Shown here: positions 31,006-32,000 of the stretch, in pieces
Numbering within the stretch: the first letter of the stretch is position 1
Layout: every line of letters starts with the position of its first letter
Assembly (NCBI RefSeq): GCF_000400465.1
Contig: NW_008806274.1
Location: 300,244 to 332,243, forward strand
DNA: 32,000 nt
Reading direction: 5' to 3'
DNA from: Wallemia ichthyophaga EXF-994
Taxonomy: Eukaryota > Fungi > Basidiomycota
Program-made: the position numbers and the translations under genes
Notes under the pieces: generated by a model
Databases searched by the model: none
What the model saw: the letters and a program-made list of their open reading frames with translations, nothing else
What the model was told of the DNA's origin: nothing

Positions 31006-32000
31006 TTATAGGAAAAATTGCGTGCTATTAGACTGCGTTAGTTATCCGCGTTTAGTCTACTCAATAAGTTAACTCACTTTAACCTCGAGCTTGCGTGTAC
31101 TCTCATTTCTTCCATTTTGAACGCGTTCATTTCCTCTTTTATCATTTGCGCCAATTCAGGTGTCAGTCTGTTACATGTCGCAGGTTCTCCCCTTCTATCA
31201 TATATTGTAGCAGGCCAAGTTGTTTGAACCCCCATAGAGTTGGCAAATGAACACTTTCTCTTTGGTTGAGCAGCCAAATTGATCATTGCTTGTACTGGTA
31301 ATGCAGAAGTTGAATTATTGTGATTTACTAAAGGTTTGTCGATTGGTTTGTGCATCGATGACGGTCTTGAGGCTATACCATCAATCTTATCTGCATCCGG
31401 TGAAGGTAATTGATGAGAAACTTGCGGTTGAACTTCCCGACCATCCTCATCTTTCATTATATTGGTAAAGGTAAAAGAGTTTGACCGACCACGTAGCTGC
31501 TGTCTTTCTTCAAAATCCTCTTGACGGTATGTTCTTGCTCCTTTCAATATGCCTTTCAAAATATGCTCACGACGATGTGGCGCGGCATTCGAATCATACT
31601 GACAAGAACCATGCCACTCTTCTTGATGAATTTGTACTCCTTGTAAACCTTGCGTTAGATCATCATCATCTTGTGATACTATTGAATCGCCATCTCCTTT
31701 CGCTTCAATTGCACCTGGCAATCTTGACTTACTATCACTACCTGCGTGATTATAGCTATTTGAATTAAGGCGACTTGAAGATTTAGACGATTTAGATGAT
31801 TTAGCTGATTTAGCCTCAGCTGCTGCAACTTGTTCCTGATGCTGCTTGACTAGGGCTGCTGCTGGACTCAAACCATCAATATATTCAGGTTCTTCATTAA
31901 TGATTGAATGTCTATCAACTTCAGCAGTTGCATGACTTATTGAAGTCGATGGTTCCTTCTTACGTTTATTCTTCTTCTTCTTTTTCAGCTTTGATCCAAT
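31006..32000 (-). CDS. Bni4/Phactr-like PP1-binding protein, C-terminal part; start lies beyond the right edge
   Basis: KRKCSF (RVxF-like), TIYDRRGEPATCNRLTPELAQMIKEEMNAFKMEEMRVHASSR; terminal intron gives ..RLNTQFFL* ending at 31006. Confidence 0.72.

Overview
Extremely gene-dense fungal (basidiomycete-type) nuclear DNA with short spliceosomal introns (mostly 36-55 nt). The style is consistent with Wallemia, but that is an inference. I can support about 21 protein-coding genes, nearly all housekeeping: shugoshin-like (partial), OMA1, GH5 EGCrP/Egh1-like glycosidase, PRE1, a stand-alone Rib2-type deaminase, an ARN/SIT siderophore transporter, tubulin cofactor A, RPL8, SFH1, a transketolase-like ThDP enzyme, EMP65/TAPT1, a Ser-rich single-pass protein, an ING PHD protein, NCE101, VMA10, APC13, SEC6, an AA9 LPMO, a PACT-domain SPB protein and a Bni4-like protein (partial), plus small orphans. 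Two small genes absent from the ORF track were rebuilt by hand: NCE101 and an 83-aa orphan. I found no tRNA, rRNA, CRISPR array or recognisable transposon. The most striking signals are gene junctions that leave no room for normal promoters or UTRs. (1) The cofactor A stop overlaps the siderophore transporter start (ATGA) directly after a U_UUA_AAA slippery heptamer, and both proteins look truncated at the junction. (2) The APC13 and SEC6 start codons are head-to-head only 4 bp apart. (3) The VMA10 and APC13 stops are 1 bp apart. (4) PRE1 ends 43 bp before the GH5 start on the same strand. Also notable are a structured 155-nt RPL8 first intron, an AA9 LPMO lacking the second-sphere His, and two islands (about 0.5-2.4 kb and 10.8-12.2 kb) holding only stop-interrupted frames. 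All exon structures were deduced by eye, and family assignments rest on recalled motifs, not database searches.
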